Virus record (IMG/VR): IMGVR_UViG_3300028412_000003
DNA length: 64,000 nucleotides
DNA from: a virus
Lineage: Duplodnaviria; Caudoviricetes
Strand: one strand, 5' to 3'
The notes under the pieces are model-generated. The model was given only the letters and a program-made list of their open reading frames with translations, made no database searches and was not told where the DNA came from. The stretch's first letter is position 1. Every line of letters begins with the position of its first letter. Position numbers and translations under genes: made by a program. Of the stretch, positions 47,194 to 54,950 are shown piece after piece.

Positions 47194-47217
47194 CCTGTCT
47201 CCTCTATTGTTTCTACT

Positions 47218-47245
47218 ATAATACTATCTTTTATTTACTAGTCAA
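47218..47245 (-). promoter_or_regulatory. sigma70-type promoter TTGACT-N16-TATTAT
   Basis: Match upstream of the 435-aa gene. Confidence 0.5.
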
Positions 47246-47295
47246 GAAAAATTAATGATCGAGGAAATTTTAAATAAAACATGGTTATATGTAAC

Positions 47296-47481
47296 TCATC
47301 TACAATTCCGTTTACAGTTTATTGTATTTGTATGGGAATACCTATCCCATACTACGTTAGTTTCCGTTTCAATACAATAATCAAATAAGAATTTTATTTC
47401 GGGATAATCTTCTTTAATTTGCTCTAACTCAGACGGGAATTGATAAGAAATGATTTTAATTTTTCGAGTTTTCATTTGCAA
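47296..47481 (-). CDS. Small hypothetical protein, possibly frameshifted (true end may be 47238)
   Basis: 61-aa ORF; the +1 frame continues TVNGIVDELHITMFYLKFPRSLIFLD*. Confidence 0.45.
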   Translation of the reverse strand: MQMKTRKIKIISYQFPSELEQIKEDYPEIKFLFDYCIETETNVVWDRYSHTNTINCKRNCR

Positions 47482-47851
47482 TTAATATTTTTAACAATTG
47501 ATAATTATTCCATGATTTTTTAAGACTTGGATGTTTTTCTCTAAGTTCTTCTTCATGTAGTTCTTCTTTAATAACTGAATCTATATATCTTTCATGAAGG
47601 GAATTAGATTGATAACCGGTACTAGTCCATTCACCTTCGTGTAGATATTCTATCTGACTTATAAGTTTTTTATAATCCTCAATTGATAATGTAATTGTCT
47701 TTCCACACCTAGATGAGTTATACTCAGATGAGTTAGAGCTATCTAATCTATCTAATCTATCCGTTGGCCTCCACCTTGTAGTATAGATCTTTGTACTATC
47801 TTCAAGTATTGCTCTATACAAGTCTCTTAATATTTTTTCTCCTTGCATCAT
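47456..47851 (-). CDS. Hypothetical protein
   Basis: 131 aa; C-terminal LREKHPSLKKSWNNY motif. Confidence 0.65.
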   Translation of the reverse strand: MMQGEKILRDLYRAILEDSTKIYTTRWRPTDRLDRLDSSNSSEYNSSRCGKTITLSIEDYKKLISQIEYLHEGEWTSTGYQSNSLHERYIDSVIKEELHEEELREKHPSLKKSWNNYQLLKILIANENSKN

Positions 47852-49179
47852 ATTTTTTGACCAGCTGTAAATCCACGGAAGGTCTTAAATCTTGGAAACC
47901 TAATACTATAGTCATTTGAATTTCTATTTTGAGTAATAGCATCGCCTCTTATTTCTGCTACCATTCCTTTAATGGAATCTTTATTGTTCCAATAGTCTTC
48001 TCTTTGTTGATCGCTAAATCCACCACCGACGCTAACATTAATTGTCTTACCATCGTCTACTCCTAGGCAGACAAGAGCGCCAAGTTTATCCTTGTTTTTT
48101 CCAGTGCCTTCTTCAAATCCTACAACCGTTAGAGACACCTCAATATAAGGTTTAATCTTAAGCCAAGAAACAGATCGCTTGCTCTTATATCCTGCCTTAG
48201 GATCTTTTATCATGATACCTTCGTATCCGCCCTCAATTGCAAGTTTGTTAATTTCAGCAAATCTTATTTTCCCTACTTCTGTATTTAGATTTACATCTTC
48301 ATAACTGAGTGCTTTTACGTTGGGCAATTTAGTTTGATGTGTATTAACCCATGCTTGAACCATTTGAGTGCGAACTAGCTGAGTTTGATCCCATTCCTTT
48401 TTCATAAAATCAGTATAAGGAATAAAATCAAATAAATGTAGAACTGCATCTTTTGCATCTACATTTGATTTACGATTAACTTGAGTCATCAAGTCTTGAA
48501 AGGTTGCGCTCATAATCTCACCATCAAGAACTACGTCATATGGCAGAGCAGTTTCTTTTACAACCGCACTAATTTGATCTTCAATATGACCAAAATTCTC
48601 AAATTTCTTACCGTTACGACTAAACATTTCAACCAATCCGTCAGTACGGACAATAGTGATAACACGAACACCGTCTAGCTTAACTTCAATAAGTTTCTTT
48701 CCACTAATTTTAGATTCGTGATTTGCACCATCATGGGCAAGCTGACATTCAAAGATCGGTACACCCCAATCTTCTTTCTTTGCTTTCTTGCAAGCCTTGT
48801 TAACGGTGCTCTCACTAAAACCTGCACGCATATCTTTAATGAGAATACGTCGATACCAACCATTCCATTGTTCTTGTGTAGCAACATCCATTGACAGCAA
48901 GATTGCATCTCTTGCATCATGTCCAGTAAGATCTCGGTTTGCAAGTTTTGATTGCAAATCAACAAACGCAACCCAAGGAAGACCTTGTCCTTCGTCTTCG
49001 GTCTTTTCTGGAACTTTCTTTACACCGTAAGTATCAAACGAACTAAAACACATGCGCAGACCGTCAAAAAATTCCTTATAGTCATCATCTTTTAACAGCT
49101 CAACTAAAATATCTTGCTTTTCGTTCTTGCTGTTAGTTTCGGCAATTCGCTTAATAATAGACTGTGGTTGTTCTTTCAT
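47848..49179 (-). CDS. ATP-dependent DNA ligase (gp30-like)
   Basis: EVKLDGVR (KxDG adenylation), LDGEI, EGIMIK, WLKIKP, SIRFPRF. Confidence 0.95.
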   Translation of the reverse strand: MKEQPQSIIKRIAETNSKNEKQDILVELLKDDDYKEFFDGLRMCFSSFDTYGVKKVPEKTEDEGQGLPWVAFVDLQSKLANRDLTGHDARDAILLSMDVATQEQWNGWYRRILIKDMRAGFSESTVNKACKKAKKEDWGVPIFECQLAHDGANHESKISGKKLIEVKLDGVRVITIVRTDGLVEMFSRNGKKFENFGHIEDQISAVVKETALPYDVVLDGEIMSATFQDLMTQVNRKSNVDAKDAVLHLFDFIPYTDFMKKEWDQTQLVRTQMVQAWVNTHQTKLPNVKALSYEDVNLNTEVGKIRFAEINKLAIEGGYEGIMIKDPKAGYKSKRSVSWLKIKPYIEVSLTVVGFEEGTGKNKDKLGALVCLGVDDGKTINVSVGGGFSDQQREDYWNNKDSIKGMVAEIRGDAITQNRNSNDYSIRFPRFKTFRGFTAGQKI

Positions 49180-49198
49180 TGTGTCCTCTATGTTAATT

Positions 49199-49285
49199 TG
49201 GTGCCCGAGGAGGGACTTGAACCCCCACTCTTGTTACAGAAACAGAATTTGAACCTGCCGCGTCTACCAATTCCACCACTCGGGC
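49199..49285 (-). tRNA. tRNA-Leu(CAA)
   Basis: GCCCGAG acceptor, GGAATTGGTAGAC D arm, GCAGG-TTCAAAT-TCTGT anticodon arm, long variable arm, GGTTCAAGTCC, encoded CCA. Confidence 0.93.
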
Positions 49286-49293
49286 AATCTACT

Positions 49294-49455
49294 TTAGTCC
49301 TTTTTAAAATATTCGTTGATATGCTCTAAGTCATCTAAAAGATAATTAATTTTGGGGGTAGGTTCCCCTTGATATCCTTTTTTGAATAAAGCAATTGCTT
49401 CTTCATCTAATTCACGTGGATAAAGAGCACGACGAGTATCTTTTGATTTTATCAT
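49294..49455 (-). CDS. 53-aa hypothetical protein (MIKSKDTRRALYPRELDEE...)
   Basis: Translated by hand; AAGGA RBS; below the ORF-track length cutoff. Confidence 0.55.
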   Translation of the reverse strand: MIKSKDTRRALYPRELDEEAIALFKKGYQGEPTPKINYLLDDLEHINEYFKKD

Positions 49456-49465
49456 TCTTTTCCTT

Positions 49466-49499
49466 AATTAAGGTAGCTGCTCACGCAGCTACCTTAATT
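49466..49499 (-). other. 15-bp perfect hairpin with GUGA (GNRA) tetraloop
   Basis: AATTAAGGTAGCTGC-GTGA-GCAGCTACCTTAATT; contains the HNH stop codon. Confidence 0.75.
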
Positions 49500-50041
49500 T
49501 CACCTTCCCAATCAAACAAAAACTGGGCCCAGTCCGGGTTCGGAATAATGATTGGGTGCTTCTTACGTAGAGTTATCAACTGATAATAATTTGGCTGGTA
49601 AGCCTGATGTTTAGGTTTCCATTCACCTAGTGGCAAACGATGTCCTTTTCTTGTGTTACAAGCTGAACATGCTGCAACGATATTTTCCCAAGTGTGTTGT
49701 CCACCTAGCTTTTGTGGATGAACGTGATCATACGTTACTTCATTAATTACAAGTGGTTTTTCACAATATGCACACATACCATGATCACGATAAAAGAGAG
49801 TGTCTCTTTTAAGTTTAACACCCTTTGGTTTGATCTTTTCTTGTGCATTACGTGCGATAACACTTGGCCATTTCATATCAAGTGTTGGTGTTAGGATCTT
49901 TCGATCGTACTCAAACACTGAATGACAAGTTCCATTAAGAATGCGTATTACTGCATCTTCTGCTGGAATGCTTTCAAGTGGAAATACCGACACCGGCATA
50001 TAATTCGCATTAAGTACTAAAGTTCGAAGGCCCGTAAACAT
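49481..50041 (-). CDS. HNH endonuclease (McrA-like, free-standing)
   Basis: LVLNANY, RDHGMCAYC, DHVHP..LGG..TWENIVAACSACN.RKG. Confidence 0.9.
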   Translation of the reverse strand: MFTGLRTLVLNANYMPVSVFPLESIPAEDAVIRILNGTCHSVFEYDRKILTPTLDMKWPSVIARNAQEKIKPKGVKLKRDTLFYRDHGMCAYCEKPLVINEVTYDHVHPQKLGGQHTWENIVAACSACNTRKGHRLPLGEWKPKHQAYQPNYYQLITLRKKHPIIIPNPDWAQFLFDWEGEIKVAA

Positions 50042-50104
50042 ATCATTTCCTCTCTACATAAGGTCCTCTCCTGTTAATATAGTTACGTTTTACAACGTAA
50101 TTAT

Positions 50105-50133
50105 ATTATAATGCTTGACCATTGCATTGTCAA
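50105..50133 (-). promoter_or_regulatory. Perfect sigma70 promoter TTGACA-N17-TATAAT
   Basis: Consensus match upstream of the HNH-tRNA-ligase unit; overlapped by a 12-bp inverted repeat. Confidence 0.85.
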
Positions 50134-50210
50134 GCATTATTTAGGTTTATGCTTTGGAGTATGTGCTCAACTCCGCAGCGATTGTTGCGGACTGAGCTGT
50201 TCTTAAAATC

Positions 50211-51491
50211 CTACAACTGTAAGAAAATAAAGAACCCAATTGCCGCTAATAGGGCTGCTACGCCCACTCCGATCAATATTTTGTTCTTTTCAAACGAAAA
50301 TCCAGATGATGTTTTATATTCTTCTTCTGGCATATTAATCGGTATTTCTTCTTTAGGTACATCTTGTATAGGTACTTCTGTTTCGTATAATAATTTTGAT
50401 GCATCTAAAAATCTATTGTTATGGTCTTTTCCGCCTGTGTCTACTGTTTGTGTTGTTCCATTAGTTAGAAACGATCCAACTACTTCCCTAACATCGTCTA
50501 GTGTGTTCATTTGCGATGTTCGTGTTTCAAGCCATGCTGCTAGAACTCCAGCTACGTGTGGACAAGCCATACTTGTTCCACTTAATACTGCCTTTGTTTC
50601 ACCCGGCCAAGTTGATATAATACCAACTCCTGGCGCACTAATTTCAATATCTTTACTGTAATTACTAAAAGGAGCAATTTTCTTTCTATTGTCTGTTGCT
50701 CCAACAGTGATAACATTTGGTGCTTCGGCTGGAACAATTTCAGTTATGCTATCAAGATGTTTTCCTTCGTTACCAGCTGCTGCAATAACTATTGCACCAC
50801 TGTTAACAAGATAGGTTACTGCTTCTGTTATAGGATTAAATTTCTTTTGTACAGCTGATACTGAAAAATTAACCACAGCAGGTTTACCTGCTCGTTGAGT
50901 TCTGCGATGATTGACTATAGCACCAATCCCGTCTACTATTTGAGAAATAGTACCACTTCCGTCAACCTCTAATACTTTAACTGCATAAAGAGTAGCATTA
51001 TGAGCAATACCATATTCGGAAGAACATATAGTTCCCGCTACATGAGTTCCGTGCCCGTTGTCATCTTCCCAAGGATGTGATCCAACAGCATTAACTTTAG
51101 GTAGAGTAGAGTGTTGTGCAACCCCTGTATCTACAACGTACACGTCGACTCCTGCACCTTTATACTTATGTGCACCTGTTACGTTAATCGCGCTTAAAGC
51201 TGCGGTTGCGCTTGATACTCCTACGGTTCCTTGCACTGTTTTCCCTAGACCCCAGTCTAAGTTATCTGCATTTAATCCTACTGTTTCTTCTCCATCCGAA
51301 ATACCTTTAATGTCTTCGTCAGAATATTCAGTTACAGGAACGCCACCTAGCTTGTCTATTTTGGAATCAAAATAGACTAGTGTTTTCATAAAGTCATGTT
51401 GCCGAATATTCTTTGCACCATTTTCTAAAAGAGTTTCACTAGCCGATTTGAAATTTTCTTCGTTCTTTAATCCTGCTATATATTGTTTCAT
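50211..51491 (-). CDS. Subtilisin-like S8 serine protease with C-terminal membrane anchor
   Basis: Catalytic VVDTG, NGHGTHVAG, GTSMACPHVAG; oxyanion AAGN; C-terminal TM ILIGVGVAALLAAIGFFIFL; start MKQY is 5 nt after GATAAATA. Confidence 0.9.
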   Translation of the reverse strand: MKQYIAGLKNEENFKSASETLLENGAKNIRQHDFMKTLVYFDSKIDKLGGVPVTEYSDEDIKGISDGEETVGLNADNLDWGLGKTVQGTVGVSSATAALSAINVTGAHKYKGAGVDVYVVDTGVAQHSTLPKVNAVGSHPWEDDNGHGTHVAGTICSSEYGIAHNATLYAVKVLEVDGSGTISQIVDGIGAIVNHRRTQRAGKPAVVNFSVSAVQKKFNPITEAVTYLVNSGAIVIAAAGNEGKHLDSITEIVPAEAPNVITVGATDNRKKIAPFSNYSKDIEISAPGVGIISTWPGETKAVLSGTSMACPHVAGVLAAWLETRTSQMNTLDDVREVVGSFLTNGTTQTVDTGGKDHNNRFLDASKLLYETEVPIQDVPKEEIPINMPEEEYKTSSGFSFEKNKILIGVGVAALLAAIGFFIFLQL

Positions 51492-51496
51492 ACGCA

Positions 51497-51504
51497 TATT
51501 TATC
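51497..51504 (-). promoter_or_regulatory. Late promoter GATAAATA, leaderless (TGCGT-ATG)
   Basis: 5 nt before the ATG at 51491. Confidence 0.6.
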
Positions 51505-51515
51505 CTTCAGTCAAG

Positions 51516-51542
51516 AGAAAAGGACCAAAAAGGTCCTTTTCT
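51516..51542 (-). terminator. Rho-independent terminator of the hfa-like operon
   Basis: AGAAAAGGACC-TTTTT-GGTCCTTTTCT 11-bp stem with U-rich 3' arm. Confidence 0.75.
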
Positions 51543-51557
51543 GTAGTAGTTTTAAGA

Positions 51558-52436
51558 TTAGTCGTTGAACTTATTAGTCTGGCTAACACCAGTTGACGAA
51601 CCAACTGCGCTTACGCTCTGACTAAAGTTACGACCAACTACGTTAACCTGTAGCCCAGATGCTGCCACCGGACCAAAGTTAGCAGAACCAACACCAAGAA
51701 CAGCGTTGTTCTGTGTGCCGTCGGTGTCACGGTTAAGTTGAGTTACACCAACTGATGCACCAGAAGCACCAACAGTCTGTGTTCCCTTACCAACGAGCAG
51801 GTTAATCTGTGTACCAGATGCTGCCACCGGAGCAAGATTTACAGCAACAACACCAGCAGTGATGTTAGTCTGGTCATCTTCACCAAAGTTTTGCTTGTTT
51901 GTCTGTGTGACAAACGAACCAGCACCACCAGCACTTACGCTCTGGGAAGCCTTACCAACAAGCAAGTTACCCTGCAAGCCAGATGCTGCAACTGGTGCAG
52001 TATTAAGTGCTCCAACAAGAACGGTAACATTGGTCTGATCATCGTCCGAGTCTACGTTCTTCTGATCAACCGATGCCTGAGCACCAAATGCACCAACGCT
52101 CTGGGAAGCCTTACCAACAAGCAAGTTACCCTGTGCACCAACTGCTGCAACTGGTGCAACATTCAATGCTCCAACAAGAGCTGCAACATTGGTCTGGTCA
52201 TCGTCACCGTCAACGTTCTTCTGATCAACGCTTGCAATAGCGCCAACGCCAGTAACATCCTGAGATGCCTTCTGTGCGAATGCAGTACCCTGCACGCCAG
52301 TTGCAGCTACAAAACCAGTGTTAAGCGATACAACACCAAGAGATGCATTGTTCTGGTCCTGTGCATTTGCAGCGCCTGCACCAAGGCCGATGACCAGTGC
52401 GAGAGCCGCGGTAGTTGAAAGAAATGTATTCTTCAT
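51558..52436 (-). CDS. Secreted Q/N-rich repeat protein, HfaD/curlin-like (putative amyloid or beta-solenoid subunit)
   Basis: Sec signal ending AANA; five ~53-aa repeats Q.N...N..PVAA.G.Q.N...SQ.V.A.G...V.Q.N. Confidence 0.65.
   Translation of the reverse strand: MKNTFLSTTAALALVIGLGAGAANAQDQNNASLGVVSLNTGFVAATGVQGTAFAQKASQDVTGVGAIASVDQKNVDGDDDQTNVAALVGALNVAPVAAVGAQGNLLVGKASQSVGAFGAQASVDQKNVDSDDDQTNVTVLVGALNTAPVAASGLQGNLLVGKASQSVSAGGAGSFVTQTNKQNFGEDDQTNITAGVVAVNLAPVAASGTQINLLVGKGTQTVGASGASVGVTQLNRDTDGTQNNAVLGVGSANFGPVAASGLQVNVVGRNFSQSVSAVGSSTGVSQTNKFND
51937..52133. repeat. 38-bp exact direct repeat (51937-51974 and 52096-52133) inside the HfaD-like gene
   Basis: ACGCTCTGGGAAGCCTTACCAACAAGCAAGTTACCCTG occurs twice, 159 bp (53 codons) apart. 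Confidence 0.9.
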
Positions 52437-52459
52437 ATTTTAGTTCTCCTATTTAAAGA

Positions 52460-53332
52460 TTACCGGTCAATCCGGCTATTGCTTGCAGAACGGGATTGTG
52501 CTGCTTGCTCAATTTTACGCTCAGTGTAAACCTTTTCGAGTTCGGCAGTTTCACTGGCGTCCATAACGTCGTCAACGTTATCAATCATAGTACGACACTT
52601 AGAAAAATCATCCTTATAAAGATCAGACAATAGTTCAAATGCCGCAAGTTTTAGCATGTTTCGCGTTGCAAACCCTACTGCTTCGCGCTGTTGTTCACCA
52701 ATATTCATAGTGACAAGCGTTTCTCCAAAGAATCGTCCAATGCCCATACCATAATCATAAGCGACAATTTGCTTATCAAGTGATGCAGAAGCAACGATCT
52801 TAGAATTCATTGTGTTGGTTAGGAAGATATCCATACCAACTGCCATCCGATACTGTCGTGCCTTAGCACCAATACCTGCAATGCTTACTTCAAATCCGCC
52901 ACCTGGAATAAAGTCCAGCGTGTTAATAGAACCAGTTGCGTGAGCATCGGATCCTACCCAACCAAGTGTACGACCAACCTTCATCTCAAGTTCCATCACC
53001 TTGGTGTTACGACGGTTAACAACCGAATTAGGTTGTGCCTTAACAAAAGACGCCTGAAGGATATCACCAGCAGCTTGGGTCATGTAATAACCATTACCCT
53101 CTGCACTAAACTTACCAGTCGAATCTTCAATTTCTCCAACAGCAAGATTAAAGTTTGCTCGTCCAGCAAGTTCTGTATTCAAACAAGCAAGTGCTTCGTC
53201 GTATACAGTTTTAACATCTACAACAGGAGGTGGACCCTGAATAAGATTCATGTTTTCACCTGGGGGAGTCATAGCAGTACATGCACCAAGTGATAGTGCA
53301 ATAGTAGTGGTTGCGAGTAGCTTTTTAATCAT
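52460..53332 (-). CDS. hfaB: CsgG/HfaB-family outer-membrane secretion lipoprotein
   Basis: Lipobox LGA-C; EALACL...LAVGEIEDSTGK...MTQAA...GSINTLDF...Y.M.VGMDIFLTN...KQIV...G.FF...EAVGFA.R matches the CsgG/HfaB layout. Confidence 0.8.
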   Translation of the reverse strand: MIKKLLATTTIALSLGACTAMTPPGENMNLIQGPPPVVDVKTVYDEALACLNTELAGRANFNLAVGEIEDSTGKFSAEGNGYYMTQAAGDILQASFVKAQPNSVVNRRNTKVMELEMKVGRTLGWVGSDAHATGSINTLDFIPGGGFEVSIAGIGAKARQYRMAVGMDIFLTNTMNSKIVASASLDKQIVAYDYGMGIGRFFGETLVTMNIGEQQREAVGFATRNMLKLAAFELLSDLYKDDFSKCRTMIDNVDDVMDASETAELEKVYTERKIEQAAQSRSASNSRIDR

Positions 53333-53342
53333 TTGTAACTCC

Positions 53343-53846
53343 TCAGTCAGACTTAACGGCGGAGCCGAAAGCATTATTAGTGGTTACGGGTGAATCCTTG
53401 TAATTCTGCGTAGCAGAACCATTTACTGCACCACTATTAGTAGAGCCGGATCCGGAGGTATTATCTTGGCTACCAACGTTAGCTGAACTGTCATCACCAA
53501 CATTAACTGTTTGAGAATTTGACTGATCGATAACTTCTTGCGAGCCAATAGTATTGACTTCGTTCTTGTTGGTAAATTCTTCAAATGCAGAACAGCCGCC
53601 TGCCTTACCACCTTCGCCAGCTTCACAAATAATGCTTTGTGTAGAAGTAGAAGTAGAATTTACAGAAGTTCCAAATCCACGACTTTCACGCATGTCAATA
53701 ATGACAGCTTGATCGCGTAGATCATAAAACCCCTTAAAGGTATAGTTGCAGTCCCAATCACAGGATGGCTGACTTTGTTGAGCCATAACTGGCATTGCAA
53801 ACCCAACCATACCGGCAAATAGTGCTGCGCCTAGTATTGTTTTCAT
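53343..53846 (-). CDS. Secreted S/T/N-rich protein, HfaA-like
   Basis: Sec signal (…AMPVMA-QQ); NTIGSQEV...NSQTVNV...Q.N.SG low-complexity tail; first gene before the hfaB-like gene. Confidence 0.5.
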   Translation of the reverse strand: MKTILGAALFAGMVGFAMPVMAQQSQPSCDWDCNYTFKGFYDLRDQAVIIDMRESRGFGTSVNSTSTSTQSIICEAGEGGKAGGCSAFEEFTNKNEVNTIGSQEVIDQSNSQTVNVGDDSSANVGSQDNTSGSGSTNSGAVNGSATQNYKDSPVTTNNAFGSAVKSD

Positions 53847-53942
53847 ATTGCATTCTCCTTGCAAATTTTAGAAGACTGTTGCCAGCCTGTGTTGCACCTT
53901 ACAACACTTACCTAACGAATTTTAAGTTTTATATGTAAATGT

Positions 53943-53971
53943 ATATTACTATAGTAACAGTGGTTTGTCAA
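53943..53971 (-). promoter_or_regulatory. sigma70-type promoter TTGACA-N17-TAATAT for the hfa-like operon
   Basis: Direct match. Confidence 0.75.
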
Positions 53972-53986
53972 TTGTTATTTTAATTT

Positions 53987-54877
53987 TTATTGATGTTTTT
54001 TAACAAGCTCTTCTAGTTCACGGACGAGTCTGCTATGTTTGTCTTTCTCTACCATTGCTTCTTTTAGAGAACCATAATGCATCTCCATGCACTCAATCAA
54101 AATCTTTTTGATTTCATCTTCGTTTGGTCTTTCTGGAAGAGAGCTATTTGCATAAAGAGTTTCAAGAGATTTTTCTTTCTCTTCAAACCATTCGTTGATT
54201 CGATCTAAACTCCATTCCCCCCTGCGAATTGATTTATAAACTTCAGAATCTCGATCAAGTCTTAAATCCCCAGTTGACATAATCTGTTCAGCTTCGAGTA
54301 ACAACCGAACAACATGATACGCAAATTTAACATCAAATCCAAATTTATCAATCGATATTTGTCTTTTAGGATTTGATCGATTTGCACCCTTATTGATTTT
54401 AGACATTTGAGACATTGCATATCCCCGGAACTTATAATAAGATCCTTTGTGTAGAAATTTCTTTCTATTAGAACGAATGTGTTCATAAATTGCGGTAGAA
54501 TGCAAAACACAACGTCTTGGAAGAAAAAGATTATCTACCATGTTAGGATTGTTTTCCATAGCAAGTTGAACAAATTTAACAATAGAAAATATTGTTAAAT
54601 CATATTCTTTCTTTGAACTTTTGTCTTCAATGTGATGTTGCTGAAATTGATCAAACCTTTGAACTTGTTGTCCAAATCCTGTAATCTCACCAGATAGATG
54701 GGGAAATACTAAATCTTTAGGTGGCATACAAAATCCAATAATATCCATGTCGGATGAATCATTACTTGCACCATATGCAACAGAACCAGTCCAACCTTCA
54801 AACATAGTATTATTAGGTAACCATGCAGGTGGATTGATCAATCCTAATCCGTCAAGTCTATTAATTACACTAGCCAT
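53987..54877 (-). CDS. Pol-beta-superfamily nucleotidyltransferase (RlaP/YcgL-like)
   Basis: GSVAYG..ND.SDMD motif, NPNMVD.LF, FRGYA..Q, KFAYH.VRLL. Confidence 0.85.
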   Translation of the reverse strand: MASVINRLDGLGLINPPAWLPNNTMFEGWTGSVAYGASNDSSDMDIIGFCMPPKDLVFPHLSGEITGFGQQVQRFDQFQQHHIEDKSSKKEYDLTIFSIVKFVQLAMENNPNMVDNLFLPRRCVLHSTAIYEHIRSNRKKFLHKGSYYKFRGYAMSQMSKINKGANRSNPKRQISIDKFGFDVKFAYHVVRLLLEAEQIMSTGDLRLDRDSEVYKSIRRGEWSLDRINEWFEEKEKSLETLYANSSLPERPNEDEIKKILIECMEMHYGSLKEAMVEKDKHSRLVRELEELVKKHQ

Positions 54878-54904
54878 AATTTTTCCTTTTAATATACTAT
54901 AATT

Positions 54905-54932
54905 ATTATACTACATTATCAAAGGTTGTCAA
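54905..54932 (-). promoter_or_regulatory. sigma70-type promoter TTGACA-N16-TATAAT
   Basis: Match upstream of the nucleotidyltransferase. Confidence 0.7.
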
Positions 54933-54934
54933 CG

Positions 54935-54942
54935 GATAAATA
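54935..54942 (+). promoter_or_regulatory. Late promoter GATAAATA (plus strand)
   Basis: 8 nt before the ATG at 54951; back-to-back with the early promoter. Confidence 0.6.
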
Positions 54943-54950
54943 TTATTGAG

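Noticed and set aside
49481-50041. Intron-encoded homing endonuclease
   Set aside because: Free-standing gene with its own promoter and RBS; no interrupted host gene flanks it.
50165-50197. Imperfect hairpin after the S8 protease as a terminator
   Set aside because: Bulged stem with no U-tract on the coding strand; too weak to call.
51558-52436. Canonical CsgA curlin
   Set aside because: Repeats are about 53 aa and lack the exact S-x5-Q-x-G-x-G-N-x-A-x3-Q 22-aa curlin unit, so it is called HfaD/curlin-like only.
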